This document shows positions 11,329 through 21,325 of a stretch of 64,000 nt of DNA, piece after piece. The stretch comes from Candidatus Latescibacterota bacterium (GTDB lineage Bacteria > Latescibacterota > UBA2968 > GCA-2709665), in NCBI GenBank assembly GCA_965205485.1, contig OZ242180.1:1568001-1632000 (forward strand), in the 5' to 3' direction. Within the stretch, counting starts at the first letter, position 1. Every line of letters begins with the position of its first letter. The position numbers and the translations under genes were made by a program. A model generated the notes under the pieces. It searched no databases, was not told where the DNA came from, and saw nothing but the letters and a program-made list of their open reading frames with translations.

Positions 11329-12372
11329 ATGTATGACGTCGTAACCTTCGGGGAGGCGATGATTCGATTGTCGTCGCCGGAATACCGCCGGCTGGAGAAT
11401 TCCACCAGTCTGGATGTCGAGATAGGCGGAGGCGAGTACAACGTGGCGGTTGCCTGCGCGCATCTGGGGCTGAATACGGCGTGGGTATCCCGGCTGGTGG
11501 ACAACTGGACAGGGTGGATCATTCGGAACAAGGGCCGGGAACACGGCGTGGACATGTCCAATATAGACTGGGTGGAATTTGACGGGGTGGGTTTCGAACG
11601 GAACGGGTTTTACCACGTCGAACTGGGCGTCGGGCCGCGTGCCAGCGCGGTGACGTACGACCGTGCGAATTCCGCGATTTCGAATATCGAGCCCGGCATG
11701 GTGGACTGGAAATCCATTTTCGAGGGCGCGAAATGGTTCCACGTGAGCGGCATCACGCCTGCGCTTTCCGACAGTGCAGCGAATACGACGCTTGAAGCCC
11801 TGGAGGCGGCCAGCGACGCCGGGGTGACGACGAGTTACGATTTGAACTTCCGGTCGAAGCTTTGGAGTTCGGAGCGAGCCCAGGAGACCAGCAGCAGGAT
11901 TGTCCCGCTGGTCAAGGTACTGATTGGCAACGAAGAGGACTTTGAAAAGGTCCTGGGGTTGAAGGCGGAGGGCTCGAAAGATGACTACAGTCAACTGGAC
12001 CCCGAGAGTTACAAGGACGTGGCGCGGCGGGCGGTCGAACTTTATCCCAATGTGGATTACGTGGGCACGACGCTGCGGGTCGCAAAGACGGGACTGCTGA
12101 ACGACTGGCGTACGCTCCTGTTCGACGGCGACGCGTTCTACCTGTCTCGAATCTTCGAGGATCTGGAAATGGTCGACCGCGTCGGAGGCGGGGACAGTTT
12201 CTCGGCGGGGTTGATATCCAGTCTGATCGAGGGGGTGAATCCCCAGTCGGCGGTCGATTTCGCGGGCGCGTATTCAGCCCTTGCACATACCTTCCTGGGA
12301 GACGTAAACTGGGCGACGCGGGCGGAGGCGGAATCCGCCATGAAGGGCGCCGCGGCCAGAATCCGGCGGTAA
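11329..12372 (+). CDS. kdgK: 2-keto-3-deoxygluconate kinase (PfkB family)
   Basis: VVTFGEAMIRL, SGITPAL, DLNFRSKLW, DRVGGGDSF; adjacent to eda. Confidence 0.85.
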   Translation: MYDVVTFGEAMIRLSSPEYRRLENSTSLDVEIGGGEYNVAVACAHLGLNTAWVSRLVDNWTGWIIRNKGREHGVDMSNIDWVEFDGVGFERNGFYHVELGVGPRASAVTYDRANSAISNIEPGMVDWKSIFEGAKWFHVSGITPALSDSAANTTLEALEAASDAGVTTSYDLNFRSKLWSSERAQETSSRIVPLVKVLIGNEEDFEKVLGLKAEGSKDDYSQLDPESYKDVARRAVELYPNVDYVGTTLRVAKTGLLNDWRTLLFDGDAFYLSRIFEDLEMVDRVGGGDSFSAGLISSLIEGVNPQSAVDFAGAYSALAHTFLGDVNWATRAEAESAMKGAAARIRR

Positions 12373-12417
12373 CTTCCAAGATCGCCGGGAGAGCCGCTCG
12401 CGATCGCACGGACATAG

Positions 12418-12516
12418 CAGCCCGTTGAAAAAGGCCATCCGGGCTACGACCGGACCTTGCGGTCGAAATACGGCGTTGCTCGGCCTCGCCTGCAGAGCGA
12501 CTTTATCAACGGACTG
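12418..12516. mobile_element. MITE family B, short copy
   Basis: TIRs CAGCCCGTTGAAAAAG / CTTTATCAACGGACTG; last 38 bp identical to the end of 15737-15896. Confidence 0.75.
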
Positions 12517-12532
12517 CAGAGGAGAATACCGT

Positions 12533-13174
12533 ATGGCCGGCGTGCTGGATCGAATTATCGACTGCGGTGTGGTAGCGGTTCTGAGGGCGGACTCGCCCAC
12601 GGAACTGATGGATGTATCCCGGGCGCTTCGGGAAGGCGGCGTGGTTGCCATTGAGGTGACAATGACCGTGCCGGGGGCGCTCAGGGTCATTGAGGAGGCG
12701 TCCGCGAAAATGGAGGACACGATCGTTGGCGTCGGGTCCGTCCTGGATCCCGAGACGGCGCGCGCGGCCATTCTGGCAGGTGCGGAGTACGTCGTGGGAC
12801 CCACGCTGAATCCGGAAGTAATCACGATGGCAAAGCGCTACGGCAAAGTGGTGATGCCCGCCGGGTTCACGCCTACGGAGATTCTTGCCGCATGGCAGGC
12901 GGGGGCGGATGTTGTCAAGGTTTTCCCTGCCGGTGTCGGCGGCCCTTCCTATTTCAAGGATGTAAAAGGGCCGCTGCCCCAGGTGCGCCTGATGCCAACG
13001 GGCGGGGTGGACTCCAGGACGACGCCGGAGTTCATCAAGGCGGGCGCCTGCGCGGTGGGCGCCGGGAGCGCGATGGTGGATAAACGGGCGGTGGCGGAGA
13101 AGGACTGGGCCGCGTTGACGGCGACCGCCCGGGCCTTTGTGGATGCCGTGAAGCAGGCGCGGGCCGAGATGTGA
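12533..13174 (+). CDS. eda: KDPG/KHG aldolase
   Basis: IEVTMT, GVGSVLD, TPTEI, VKVFPA, PTGGV; GAGGAG RBS before ATG 12533. Confidence 0.92.
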   Translation: MAGVLDRIIDCGVVAVLRADSPTELMDVSRALREGGVVAIEVTMTVPGALRVIEEASAKMEDTIVGVGSVLDPETARAAILAGAEYVVGPTLNPEVITMAKRYGKVVMPAGFTPTEILAAWQAGADVVKVFPAGVGGPSYFKDVKGPLPQVRLMPTGGVDSRTTPEFIKAGACAVGAGSAMVDKRAVAEKDWAALTATARAFVDAVKQARAEM

Positions 13175-14109
13175 GCGCACTGGCGGTTGGCGTCGACCTG
13201 GGCGGAACCAATACCCGCGCGGGCCTGGTGACGGACGCGGGAAAGATCGTGTCCCGGTTCCGATGTCCCACACGGCCCGACCTGGGCAGCGATCAAGTGA
13301 TTTCCGGAATCGCGAAGTGCGTCAGGCAGGTGCTTCGGAGTGCGGGCGGAACGGAAGTGCGCGGCGTGGGCGTCGGTGCGCCGGGTCCGCTTGACCCCTT
13401 CAACGGCGTCATTATTTCTCCCGAAAATATGCCGTGCATGCACGGCGTACGGCTGAAAGACCGGCTTGAGGCAGCACTCGAAACGCCGGTGGTCGTGGAC
13501 AACGATGCGAATCTCGCGGCATTTGGCGAACAATGGCAGGGCGCCGGCAGGAAGGCGCCTCATTTTTTGTGTGTGACGCTGGGCACGGGCGTGGGCGGCG
13601 GCTGGGTGTGCAACGGCGAATTGATGCATGGGTTCAACGGCAATGCGGCGGAGGTGGGTCACATCACCATCGACTGGAACGGACCCCGGTGCCCCTGCGG
13701 GAATTATGGATGTCTGGAGCTCTACGTCTCCGCGACCGCGATGGTAAGGCGGACCCGTGAGCGGCTGGAAACGGAAGCACCGGAAACCGCGCTGAACGCG
13801 AGGGGTTTGACGACGCAGGCCATTTTCGAAGCGGCCGAGGCGGGAGACGCGTTTGCCCGCGCCATGTTCGAAGAGACCGGGACGCTGCTGGGAATCGGGC
13901 TTGTGAGTCTGGTGAGCGTAACGAACGTGGAGGTAGTGGCGCTGTGCGGGGGGCTCGCGCGTGCAGGGGAACGGCTGTTTGCGCCTGCCAGAAGGACCTT
14001 TCAGGAACGTGGTACGGTCGGGGTCAAGGAAAGGGTGCGGATTGTGGCGGGCATGCTGGGGGACGACGCGGGGATTCTTGGCGCGGCAAGACTGGCGATC
14101 GGGGCATGA
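13171..14109 (+). CDS. ROK family sugar kinase (glucokinase-like)
   Basis: GVDLGGT, NDANLAAFGE, TLGTGVGGG, EVGH, CPCGNYGCLE. Confidence 0.9.
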   Translation: MSALAVGVDLGGTNTRAGLVTDAGKIVSRFRCPTRPDLGSDQVISGIAKCVRQVLRSAGGTEVRGVGVGAPGPLDPFNGVIISPENMPCMHGVRLKDRLEAALETPVVVDNDANLAAFGEQWQGAGRKAPHFLCVTLGTGVGGGWVCNGELMHGFNGNAAEVGHITIDWNGPRCPCGNYGCLELYVSATAMVRRTRERLETEAPETALNARGLTTQAIFEAAEAGDAFARAMFEETGTLLGIGLVSLVSVTNVEVVALCGGLARAGERLFAPARRTFQERGTVGVKERVRIVAGMLGDDAGILGAARLAIGA

Positions 14110-14112
14110 ATC

Positions 14113-14607
14113 GTGAAGCGCAATGCCTGGAACAGAAAAATCGGCAATTCCGGCGGTGTGATTTCTGCCGCATTGACGCTCGCGTTCGCGGCCGGAATGG
14201 CTATTCTTACAGGGGTCGTTCCGGCGGCGGCGGAAAGTCCGGATTCGACGGCCGTGGACAGTGTCAGGGAGGCCCAGACCCCGCGGGGGGCGATGTTACG
14301 GTCGCTGGCGCTGCCGGGATGGGGACAGTTTTATAACCGCCGGCCCATAAAGGGAAGCCTGATCGCCGCCGCGCAGGTGGGTTCGACGGTGGCGTTCTTC
14401 GTCCGCCGGAACCAGCTGAATAACCGCCCGTCGGTCGACGCATTTCCGGAACGGAATCTCTTTCTGTATACGACGATCGGCCTTATCCTGTTCAGTATGG
14501 GCGATGCGTACGTGGACGCGCATCTGGACCAGGTCGACTGGGAGGCGCCGCACGGGTCCGGTGAAGAAGGACTTGAATTCCGAATGCGGTTCCAAATCCG
14601 CTTTTAA
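14113..14607 (+). CDS. DUF5683-like membrane protein
   Basis: AMLRSLALPGWGQFYN, DAYVDAHL. Confidence 0.75.
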   Translation: MKRNAWNRKIGNSGGVISAALTLAFAAGMAILTGVVPAAAESPDSTAVDSVREAQTPRGAMLRSLALPGWGQFYNRRPIKGSLIAAAQVGSTVAFFVRRNQLNNRPSVDAFPERNLFLYTTIGLILFSMGDAYVDAHLDQVDWEAPHGSGEEGLEFRMRFQIRF

Positions 14608-14646
14608 CGTTCGCCGCGATATCTCTGCGTCCACGGAGTCCGGACG

Positions 14647-15747
14647 ATGGATAACCGGTTTCCATTTACCCGAATTGTTCGCGGCCTGCCGGCATCGGTG
14701 CCGTTCGTGGGGCCCGAAGCGCTGGAGCGCAGGCGCGGAGAACCCTTCAGGGTGAGGGTAGGGGCCAACGAAAGCGCTTTTGGAATTTCGCCGCTGGCGC
14801 GCGAGGCCATGTTCCGTGCGGTCGAGCGGCTGAGCTGGTACAACGATCCTGAAAACCACGAGATCCGCAGCGCAATTGCCGGATTCAACGGCGTCCCGTT
14901 CGAGAACGTCAGCGTAGGAAGCGGAATCGACGACCTGCTGGGTCTTGTCGTGCGGGTTTTCGTCGAGCCCGGCGAGAAGGTCGTTACATCCCTGGGCGCA
15001 TACCCGACGTTCAGCTACCATGTAAACGGGTTTGGCGGCCTCCTGCACTTCGTGCCTTACAGGGATGACAGAAACGATCTGGAGGGACTGGCCGATGCCG
15101 CCGCGGAAACCGATGCCCGGCTGGTGTACCTGTCCAATCCGGACAACCCCACGGGCACCTGGCACCCGGCGGCGAATATCCTGGCATTTGAGAGAACGCT
15201 TCCGGATCGGTGCCTGCTGATTCTGGATGAAGCATATTCAGAGTTCGCAACACAGGATGCGCCGCCGCCTATGGCGCCGATCAGGCCGCGCGTCATTCGT
15301 ATGCGCACGTTTTCCAAGGCGCACGGGATGGCCGGCGCCCGGATTGGATATGCGGTTGCGGACGCGGTCGTTGTGGAGGCCCTTGAGAAGGTGCGTCACC
15401 ACTATGGAGTGAATCGAGTGGCACAGGCCGGAGCGCTCGCATCGCTTGAGGATACGGAATTCGTGGCGAACGTGGTCAGGTCGGTTGCGGAAGGACGGAC
15501 GGATTATGCGCTTCTGGGAGAAGGGCTTGGTTTGCCCACGCTGCCTTCGGCCACGAACTTCGTTGCCTTCGATGCCGGAACTGTGGATCGCGCGAATACG
15601 ATTCTGGAGACCCTTCAGAGACACGGCGCGTTCGTGCGCAAACCTGCGGCGGCGCCTCTGGACAGGTTTTTCAGGGTGACCGTGGGGACGCCGGATGAGC
15701 GGCTGTTGTTCGCCCGGATATTGAGCACGGTCCTGGCAGCCCTTTGA
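14647..15747 (+). CDS. Class I/II PLP aminotransferase, HisC-like
   Basis: GANES, NPDNPTG, LDEAY, RTFSKAHGMAGARIG. Confidence 0.85.
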   Translation: MDNRFPFTRIVRGLPASVPFVGPEALERRRGEPFRVRVGANESAFGISPLAREAMFRAVERLSWYNDPENHEIRSAIAGFNGVPFENVSVGSGIDDLLGLVVRVFVEPGEKVVTSLGAYPTFSYHVNGFGGLLHFVPYRDDRNDLEGLADAAAETDARLVYLSNPDNPTGTWHPAANILAFERTLPDRCLLILDEAYSEFATQDAPPPMAPIRPRVIRMRTFSKAHGMAGARIGYAVADAVVVEALEKVRHHYGVNRVAQAGALASLEDTEFVANVVRSVAEGRTDYALLGEGLGLPTLPSATNFVAFDAGTVDRANTILETLQRHGAFVRKPAAAPLDRFFRVTVGTPDERLLFARILSTVLAAL

Positions 15748-15896
15748 TAAAGCCCATCGGGGCTGCGGCCGGCTCTCGTGGCCGAATAACTGCGTTGCGC
15801 TCCCTCGCCGAATCGCTGGATGGGACTCGGTCGCGCGCCTTGTCTTCGGCCGCGATACCTCGGCCTCGCCTGCAGAGCGACTTTATCAACGGACTG
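15737..15896. mobile_element. MITE family B, long copy; contains the upstream gene's stop codon
   Basis: TIRs CAGCCCTTTGATAAAG / CTTTATCAACGGACTG. Confidence 0.75.
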
Positions 15897-16016
15897 TTAG
15901 CCGAACTGTCGGAGGATGGGTCCCGCTGATCACCCTATAGCTCTGTGCTATGAGAGTACTTGCTACTGTAACGCGAACTGCCAGTTCGCGGCACCAGGTA
16001 AACTGCGGAGGCGGAT

Positions 16017-16796
16017 ATGGACGAGCCAACAACGCTGGATCTGTTTCGACTGGACGGGCGTGTTGCCCTGATTACCGGAGGATCGAAGGGACTGGGAAAA
16101 GAAATGGCGCTGGCGCTGGCCGAGGCGGGCGCCGCTACCGTGGTCTGTTCGAGAAGCGGGTCGGACTGCGAAGCGGTTGCGGAAGAAATCGCGGCGAAGG
16201 CGCGACGGGAGAGCCTGGGAATGGCCGCCGACGTCACGGCGGATGCGGAGGTTGCCCGGCTGATGCAGGCGGTCACGGACCGGTTCGGGCGACTGGATGT
16301 TCTGGTCAACTGTGCGGGGATCAACATCCGGCATCCGCTGGATCGTTTTCCGGTCGATGAATTCCGGCAGGTCATAGAGACCAACCTGACCGGTTCCTGG
16401 CTCTGCTGCAGGGCCGCGGGGCCGATCATGACGTCCCGGAAGAGTGGATCGGTGATCAACGTGGGGTCGACGCTGAGCGCCGTGGGTCTGGCGGAACGCT
16501 CGGCATATTGTTCCTCCAAAGCCGGGGTCGCCGGCATGACCCGGGCGCTCGCGCTGGAGTGGGCGCCGTTCGGAGTCCGGTGCAACGCGCTTTGCCCCGG
16601 ACCCTTTCTGACGGAGATCAACAGGCCGCTTCTGAAGACACCCGACAAGGTGAAGAGTCTGCTCAGCCAGACGGCGTTCAATCGCTGGGGCGAGATGCGC
16701 GAGATCCGTGGCGCCGCGCTGTTTCTGGCCAGCGACGCGTCGACCTACGTCACGGGGACGTCGTTGTTCGTGGACGGAGGATGGACGGCTCATTGA
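16017..16796 (+). CDS. SDR family oxidoreductase
   Basis: TGGSKGLG, YCSSK, DGGWT. Confidence 0.9.
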   Translation: MDEPTTLDLFRLDGRVALITGGSKGLGKEMALALAEAGAATVVCSRSGSDCEAVAEEIAAKARRESLGMAADVTADAEVARLMQAVTDRFGRLDVLVNCAGINIRHPLDRFPVDEFRQVIETNLTGSWLCCRAAGPIMTSRKSGSVINVGSTLSAVGLAERSAYCSSKAGVAGMTRALALEWAPFGVRCNALCPGPFLTEINRPLLKTPDKVKSLLSQTAFNRWGEMREIRGAALFLASDASTYVTGTSLFVDGGWTAH

Positions 16797-16809
16797 GACG
16801 GAATGGTCG

Positions 16810-17916
16810 ATGGCATATTCTACCACGAAGTTTACACGATGGACGGTCAGCCTGGGTCTGGGGATCACGATGTTGATCGGGGTCCCCATTGCCGGGCAGG
16901 GGCCGCCGTTCTACGAGGATAAGATGGCGATGCTGGTCTACGTGGACGCAGGGGGCAGGGAACGGGCGATATCGAGTTCGAAGGACTGGGAAAAGCGGCG
17001 GGCCCACATTCTGGCGAATATGGAGAAAGTGATGGGACCGCTTCCCGACCGTTCCAGCCTGCCCGCGCTGGATATGGAGGTTGTGGCGACCGAGGACCTG
17101 GGCGACGCGATCAGGAAGAAGGTCACTTTCGTGTCGGAACCGGACGACCGCGTGCCCGCGTACCTGCTTGTTCCGAAGGGCTTGAACGACAAGGCGCCGG
17201 CGATGCTGTGCCTGCATCAGACAACGAAAATCGGGAAAGGCGAACCCGCGGGCGTGGGCGGCATCCCGGATCTTCACTATGCGCTGGAACTTGCGCGGAG
17301 GGGTTATGTGACCCTGGCGCCGGACTACGTGAATTTCGGAGACTACGAAATCGATCCATATCAAAATGGTTATGCCAGCGCCACGATGAAGGGGATCTGG
17401 AACCATATGCGGGCCGTGGACCTGTTACAGTCGCTGCCGGAGGTGGATGCCGGGCGGATCGGATGTATCGGCCATTCCCTGGGCGGACACAATTCCATGT
17501 ATCTGTCCGCGTTCGATCGGCGGCTGAAGGTCGTGGTGTCCAGTTGCGGGTTCAATTCGTTCTTCAAATATTATGGCGGCGATCTCACCGGCTGGAGCCA
17601 TCGGGGGTATATGCCCCGCATCTCCGAGCGTTACGGCAAAGACCCGAATCGGATGCCGTTTGATTTCACGGAGGTGGTTGCCGCCATCGCGCCCCGGGGA
17701 TTCTTCATCAACGCGCCGTTGCGTGATGCCAATTTCGAAGTGTCCGGCGTGAAGGACTGCGTCCGGGCGGCAGCGCCGGTTTACGCGTTACTTGGCGCCT
17801 CCGACCGCCTGATGGCGGTACATCCCGATGCTGAACACGCGTTTCCGCCGGAAATTCGCGAGCAGGCTTATGCGTTTGTCGACGGCGCACTGAGGGCCGG
17901 CGACCGGAAGGAGTGA
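16810..17916 (+). CDS. Secreted alpha/beta hydrolase (dienelactone hydrolase/acetylxylan esterase-like)
   Basis: Signal-like N-terminus, LCLHQT, GHSLGG nucleophile elbow, HAFP. Confidence 0.8.
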   Translation: MAYSTTKFTRWTVSLGLGITMLIGVPIAGQGPPFYEDKMAMLVYVDAGGRERAISSSKDWEKRRAHILANMEKVMGPLPDRSSLPALDMEVVATEDLGDAIRKKVTFVSEPDDRVPAYLLVPKGLNDKAPAMLCLHQTTKIGKGEPAGVGGIPDLHYALELARRGYVTLAPDYVNFGDYEIDPYQNGYASATMKGIWNHMRAVDLLQSLPEVDAGRIGCIGHSLGGHNSMYLSAFDRRLKVVVSSCGFNSFFKYYGGDLTGWSHRGYMPRISERYGKDPNRMPFDFTEVVAAIAPRGFFINAPLRDANFEVSGVKDCVRAAAPVYALLGASDRLMAVHPDAEHAFPPEIREQAYAFVDGALRAGDRKE

Positions 17917-17956
17917 ACCCGATGCCACCTGTGGAATTTACGGCAGGGAGGTGAGA

Positions 17957-19291
17957 ATGGCCGATTTGAAACTGGAAAGGATCGAACGGTGGGCGCCGCA
18001 TCCATCCGCCGCGCCGCTGACTGAGCGGGATGGAAGGACGTTTGCGGCGGCAGCCAATGGTACGCGGACGTGCGTGGGCGGTTGGCAGGCGTTATTCTCG
18101 GGGATCGAACCGGGCCAAACGCTCCGGGCGACCTGGGTAGTGGACTACAGGAGTCTTCAACACCCGAGGGACACGCTTCGATGCAAATCCTATTGGGGAG
18201 AAATGCCGCCTGACGACGCAACGGTACGTACAGATGAAATAAAGGGATGGGACTATCTGCTGCCGGAACCCGTCGGAACGCGAACAATCCGGTTCTCCCG
18301 CACCTTGACCGCGCCCCCGGGCGCCAGCCGGTTGACATTGCGCTGCAGCTTCCGGTGGGCAACCGCGGGCGAGTCCGAGTGGCATCTGCCGGAGCTAGGG
18401 ATTGTCGAGGCGCCCGAAATCCCCGCTGCGGTTAGGGTGGCGGTGGTAACCGGCAGGGCGGGTTCCCGGAAGGGACCCTATACCTCCGTCGCCGAAAACA
18501 TCGACTATTATCTGCCGCTTTGCGAAGCGGCGTGCGTTTCGGGTCCGGACATGATTGTCTTGCCGGAAATTGCCCTTCAGTGGGGGATTTCCGGGAGTCC
18601 CATTGATCTGGCCGTAACGCTGCCCGGACCGGAGACGGAGCCGTTTGCGGACCTTGCACGCCGGCACGGATTGTACCTCCTGCTGGGCCTGATTGAGCGG
18701 GACGGCGACGCGGTTCACAATACGGCGGCGCTGATCGGTCCGGACGGAGCGGTGGACGGAAGGTATCGAAAGGTACATCTGGCCGTGGGCGGCGAGAGCG
18801 AATCCGGGATCCTTCCCGGTGACGGCTTTCCGATGTTCGATACGGTAATTGGCCGAATCGGATGCAATATCTGCATGGACAGTTCGGCCGCGGAGTCCTC
18901 CCGCATGGTGGGACTGAGCGGGGCGGACTTCCTCCTGCTGCCGATCATGGGCGATCACCGCGCCAGCAGATGGAGTCCGGGATCGCCCATATTCAGCGAG
19001 GACCGCTGGAAGGCCATTATGCGAACTCGCGCGATGGACAACCAGGTCTGCATGGTGGTTGCCCGGAATACAACCCAGGGAAGCTGTGTGATTGACAGGA
19101 AGGGTGAAATCCTGGCGTGGAACGAGGGTGACGAGGACCATATTCTGGCAACGGTGGACCTGGCGGACGGGTACCGAACCTGGAACGGGGGGTGTTTCCG
19201 TGAGGTAAATTGGCTGCAGCGCCGTCCGCATCTATATGAGGCGTACAGTGACGAATCGAACCGGGGATCTTTGACGGCCGCCGTGTTTTAG
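17957..19291 (+). CDS. Carbon-nitrogen hydrolase (nitrilase superfamily) with extra N-terminal domain
   Basis: E-K-C triad: VLPE, YRKVHL, NICMD. Confidence 0.85.
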   Translation: MADLKLERIERWAPHPSAAPLTERDGRTFAAAANGTRTCVGGWQALFSGIEPGQTLRATWVVDYRSLQHPRDTLRCKSYWGEMPPDDATVRTDEIKGWDYLLPEPVGTRTIRFSRTLTAPPGASRLTLRCSFRWATAGESEWHLPELGIVEAPEIPAAVRVAVVTGRAGSRKGPYTSVAENIDYYLPLCEAACVSGPDMIVLPEIALQWGISGSPIDLAVTLPGPETEPFADLARRHGLYLLLGLIERDGDAVHNTAALIGPDGAVDGRYRKVHLAVGGESESGILPGDGFPMFDTVIGRIGCNICMDSSAAESSRMVGLSGADFLLLPIMGDHRASRWSPGSPIFSEDRWKAIMRTRAMDNQVCMVVARNTTQGSCVIDRKGEILAWNEGDEDHILATVDLADGYRTWNGGCFREVNWLQRRPHLYEAYSDESNRGSLTAAVF

Positions 19292-19377
19292 CCTCAATTC
19301 CGGTCACCGTAATTGAAGACGAGGGCGGGCGAAGCAGAGATCGAGCCCGGCGGAAAATCTGCCGGGCTCTTTCAATG

Positions 19378-20154
19378 TCAGCGAGGTTCTCTGATTCTGA
19401 ACAGCAGAATACCGGCGGCAACGGCCACGTTGAGAGAATTCACGCCTTCTGCCATGGGTATGGAGACGGCCCGGTGGACGCGGTGCTGGAGACCACGGTC
19501 GACACCAAATGTCTCGTTGCCGAACAGAAAAGCGATGCGGCCTTGCTGTTCGATCTCATAGAATGGCGTGCCCCCCAGTCGGGTGGATACAATGCGGACA
19601 TCCCGCTGCCGAAGGTCTTCGATCAGCGCGGGAAGTTCTTCATTTCGAAACACGGGAAGGCGAAAGATGGAACCCCGGGATGCGCGTACAACCTTGGAAT
19701 TATAGAGCTCGACGGAACCTGGAGAGAGGAAAATGCCAGCCGCGCCGGCTGCCTCGGCGGTGCGGAGAACCAGCCCCAGGTTGTTGGGGTCCCGCAGCCG
19801 GTCGAAGAGGATGAGAGGGCCGCTCGCATCCAGGGCCTGTTCCCGGTTATGCGCCATGTATCGTACCACCCCCAGCACGCCTTCGGGATTCTGATGTTCG
19901 CCCATATTTCTGATCGCGCGGCGATCTGTCTGCTGGACGGTTATTTCCCGGCGCAGGGCCTCGCGGTGAAACTCCTGCAGGCGTCCGTCGGCATCGAGCA
20001 TCTCCCGGTCGAATATGAGCTGCACCACCGGCGCGTCTGAACGGAGCGCTTCTTCCACGAGGCGAATGCCTTCGATAACGAACTGACGTTCGCGCTCTCG
20101 CGCCTTGCGATTCCTGATAAGCGCGAGGATTTTGCGGGCGTTTTTTACAGGCAT
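19378..20154 (-). CDS. TrmH/SpoU family RNA methyltransferase
   Basis: RDPNNLG..LRTA, FGNETFGV, SLNVAVAAGI. Confidence 0.92.
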   Translation of the reverse strand: MPVKNARKILALIRNRKARERERQFVIEGIRLVEEALRSDAPVVQLIFDREMLDADGRLQEFHREALRREITVQQTDRRAIRNMGEHQNPEGVLGVVRYMAHNREQALDASGPLILFDRLRDPNNLGLVLRTAEAAGAAGIFLSPGSVELYNSKVVRASRGSIFRLPVFRNEELPALIEDLRQRDVRIVSTRLGGTPFYEIEQQGRIAFLFGNETFGVDRGLQHRVHRAVSIPMAEGVNSLNVAVAAGILLFRIREPR

Positions 20155-20165
20155 AGGAACTCTGA

Positions 20166-20374
20166 GAAGCTGTTTTAAAATTCCTGGTGAGTCCCGAGCG
20201 CGCGCGAAAATGTGTCGGTTATGAGGCGCGAGGGGCGCGCAGCGCCGGCGGGCAAATTCGCCTATGAGAGGCGAGCTAGCGCAGCCTCGATCTCGTACGA
20301 CGGGTGGATTTGACCAACGCAGACCGACGCTTTTGCAGCCGCGCGAAGACCGCTGGGGGTTTTAAGACAGCTTC
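20166..20374. mobile_element. MITE family A, copy 2
   Basis: TIRs GAAGCTGTTTTAAAA / TTTTAAGACAGCTTC flanked by TGA on both sides. Confidence 0.85.
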
Positions 20375-20412
20375 TGAGGCGACGGACAACCGACTGCCGA
20401 TCTTCAGGTCGT

Positions 20413-20583
20413 CTACTGGTGTTCGCCGGAATCGACGTGGGATTTTCGCTCGCGCATGGACTCACGCAACTCCTGAAGTTCGGTCCATATCTCGCGTTCG
20501 CGGCGTCCGAGTCCGATAAAGTAAATGAGTATCACCGCCCATATAATCGCGTAGGCGGCAGCCATGTAACCGAGGTGTTGCAT
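20413..20583 (-). CDS. ccmD: Heme exporter protein CcmD (56 aa, below the ORF-track cutoff)
   Basis: Manual translation MQHLGYMAAAYAIIWAVILIYFIGLGRREREIWTELQELRESMRERKSHVDSGEHQ; GGAGG RBS; directly after ccmC. Confidence 0.85.
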   Translation of the reverse strand: MQHLGYMAAAYAIIWAVILIYFIGLGRREREIWTELQELRESMRERKSHVDSGEHQ

Positions 20584-20616
20584 AGGCATCCTCCAGAATT
20601 CCCCCGAATGGTCTGG

Positions 20617-21324
20617 CTAAGTCTGCTGCGCCCGTGATTCCGTAACGCGTAAGCGGGCCTTGAGGGATTCAAGCTCTTCCCGGGCGAGTTCGAGCGAGAC
20701 GCGTCTGGTCAGAATAGCGGCGGCGAGCACAAGAAAAACAGCGGAGCAGAAGACGAACGCGACGAGCATGTCGGTCGGCAGCCCTATTTTCTCCGCCCGC
20801 ACGACCTCAGGATGCTGGGTGCGCCACAGCCGCGTGGAGTAGTGGATGAGCGGTGCGTCGAGAAAACCGATGATACCCAGAACCGCCCGGAATCTGGCGC
20901 TCTGCAGCGGGTCTTCACTGTAACTCTTCAGCATCATGTAAGCGACGAAAATGAGCCAGAGGACCAGCGTGAGGGTCAACTGAGCGTCCCATACCCACCA
21001 GGCCCCCCAGACGGGTTTAGCCCAGATGGGACCGGTAAGGAGCACGAGCGTACAGAAGAGCAGCCCGACCTCCGCGGCGCAGGAAGCCCATATGTCCCAC
21101 CGCTTTTCCGATCGAACGAGGTACAGGATGCTGAAGACGAAGACAAGAAAAAAGGCGGCATACATCGCAAAAGCCGACGGCACGTGAAAGTAGAAGATTT
21201 TCTGGGCAAGGCCCATCTGCCTTTCCACGCTCGCGTACACGAGCGCGAGCCAGGGCGCAACCAGCATACCGATCAGCGCCAGCACGCCCAGGATACGGGA
21301 CCACAGATACAGTTGTTTCCCCAT
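20617..21324 (-). CDS. ccmC: Heme exporter CcmC
   Basis: IFYFHVP, TGPIWAKPVWGAWWVWD (WWD motif), WRTQHP. Confidence 0.93.
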   Translation of the reverse strand: MGKQLYLWSRILGVLALIGMLVAPWLALVYASVERQMGLAQKIFYFHVPSAFAMYAAFFLVFVFSILYLVRSEKRWDIWASCAAEVGLLFCTLVLLTGPIWAKPVWGAWWVWDAQLTLTLVLWLIFVAYMMLKSYSEDPLQSARFRAVLGIIGFLDAPLIHYSTRLWRTQHPEVVRAEKIGLPTDMLVAFVFCSAVFLVLAAAILTRRVSLELAREELESLKARLRVTESRAQQT

Positions 21325-21325
21325 G

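Noticed and set aside
12425..12532. N-terminal extension of Eda
   Set aside because: Derived from MITE family B; the RBS supports ATG 12533.
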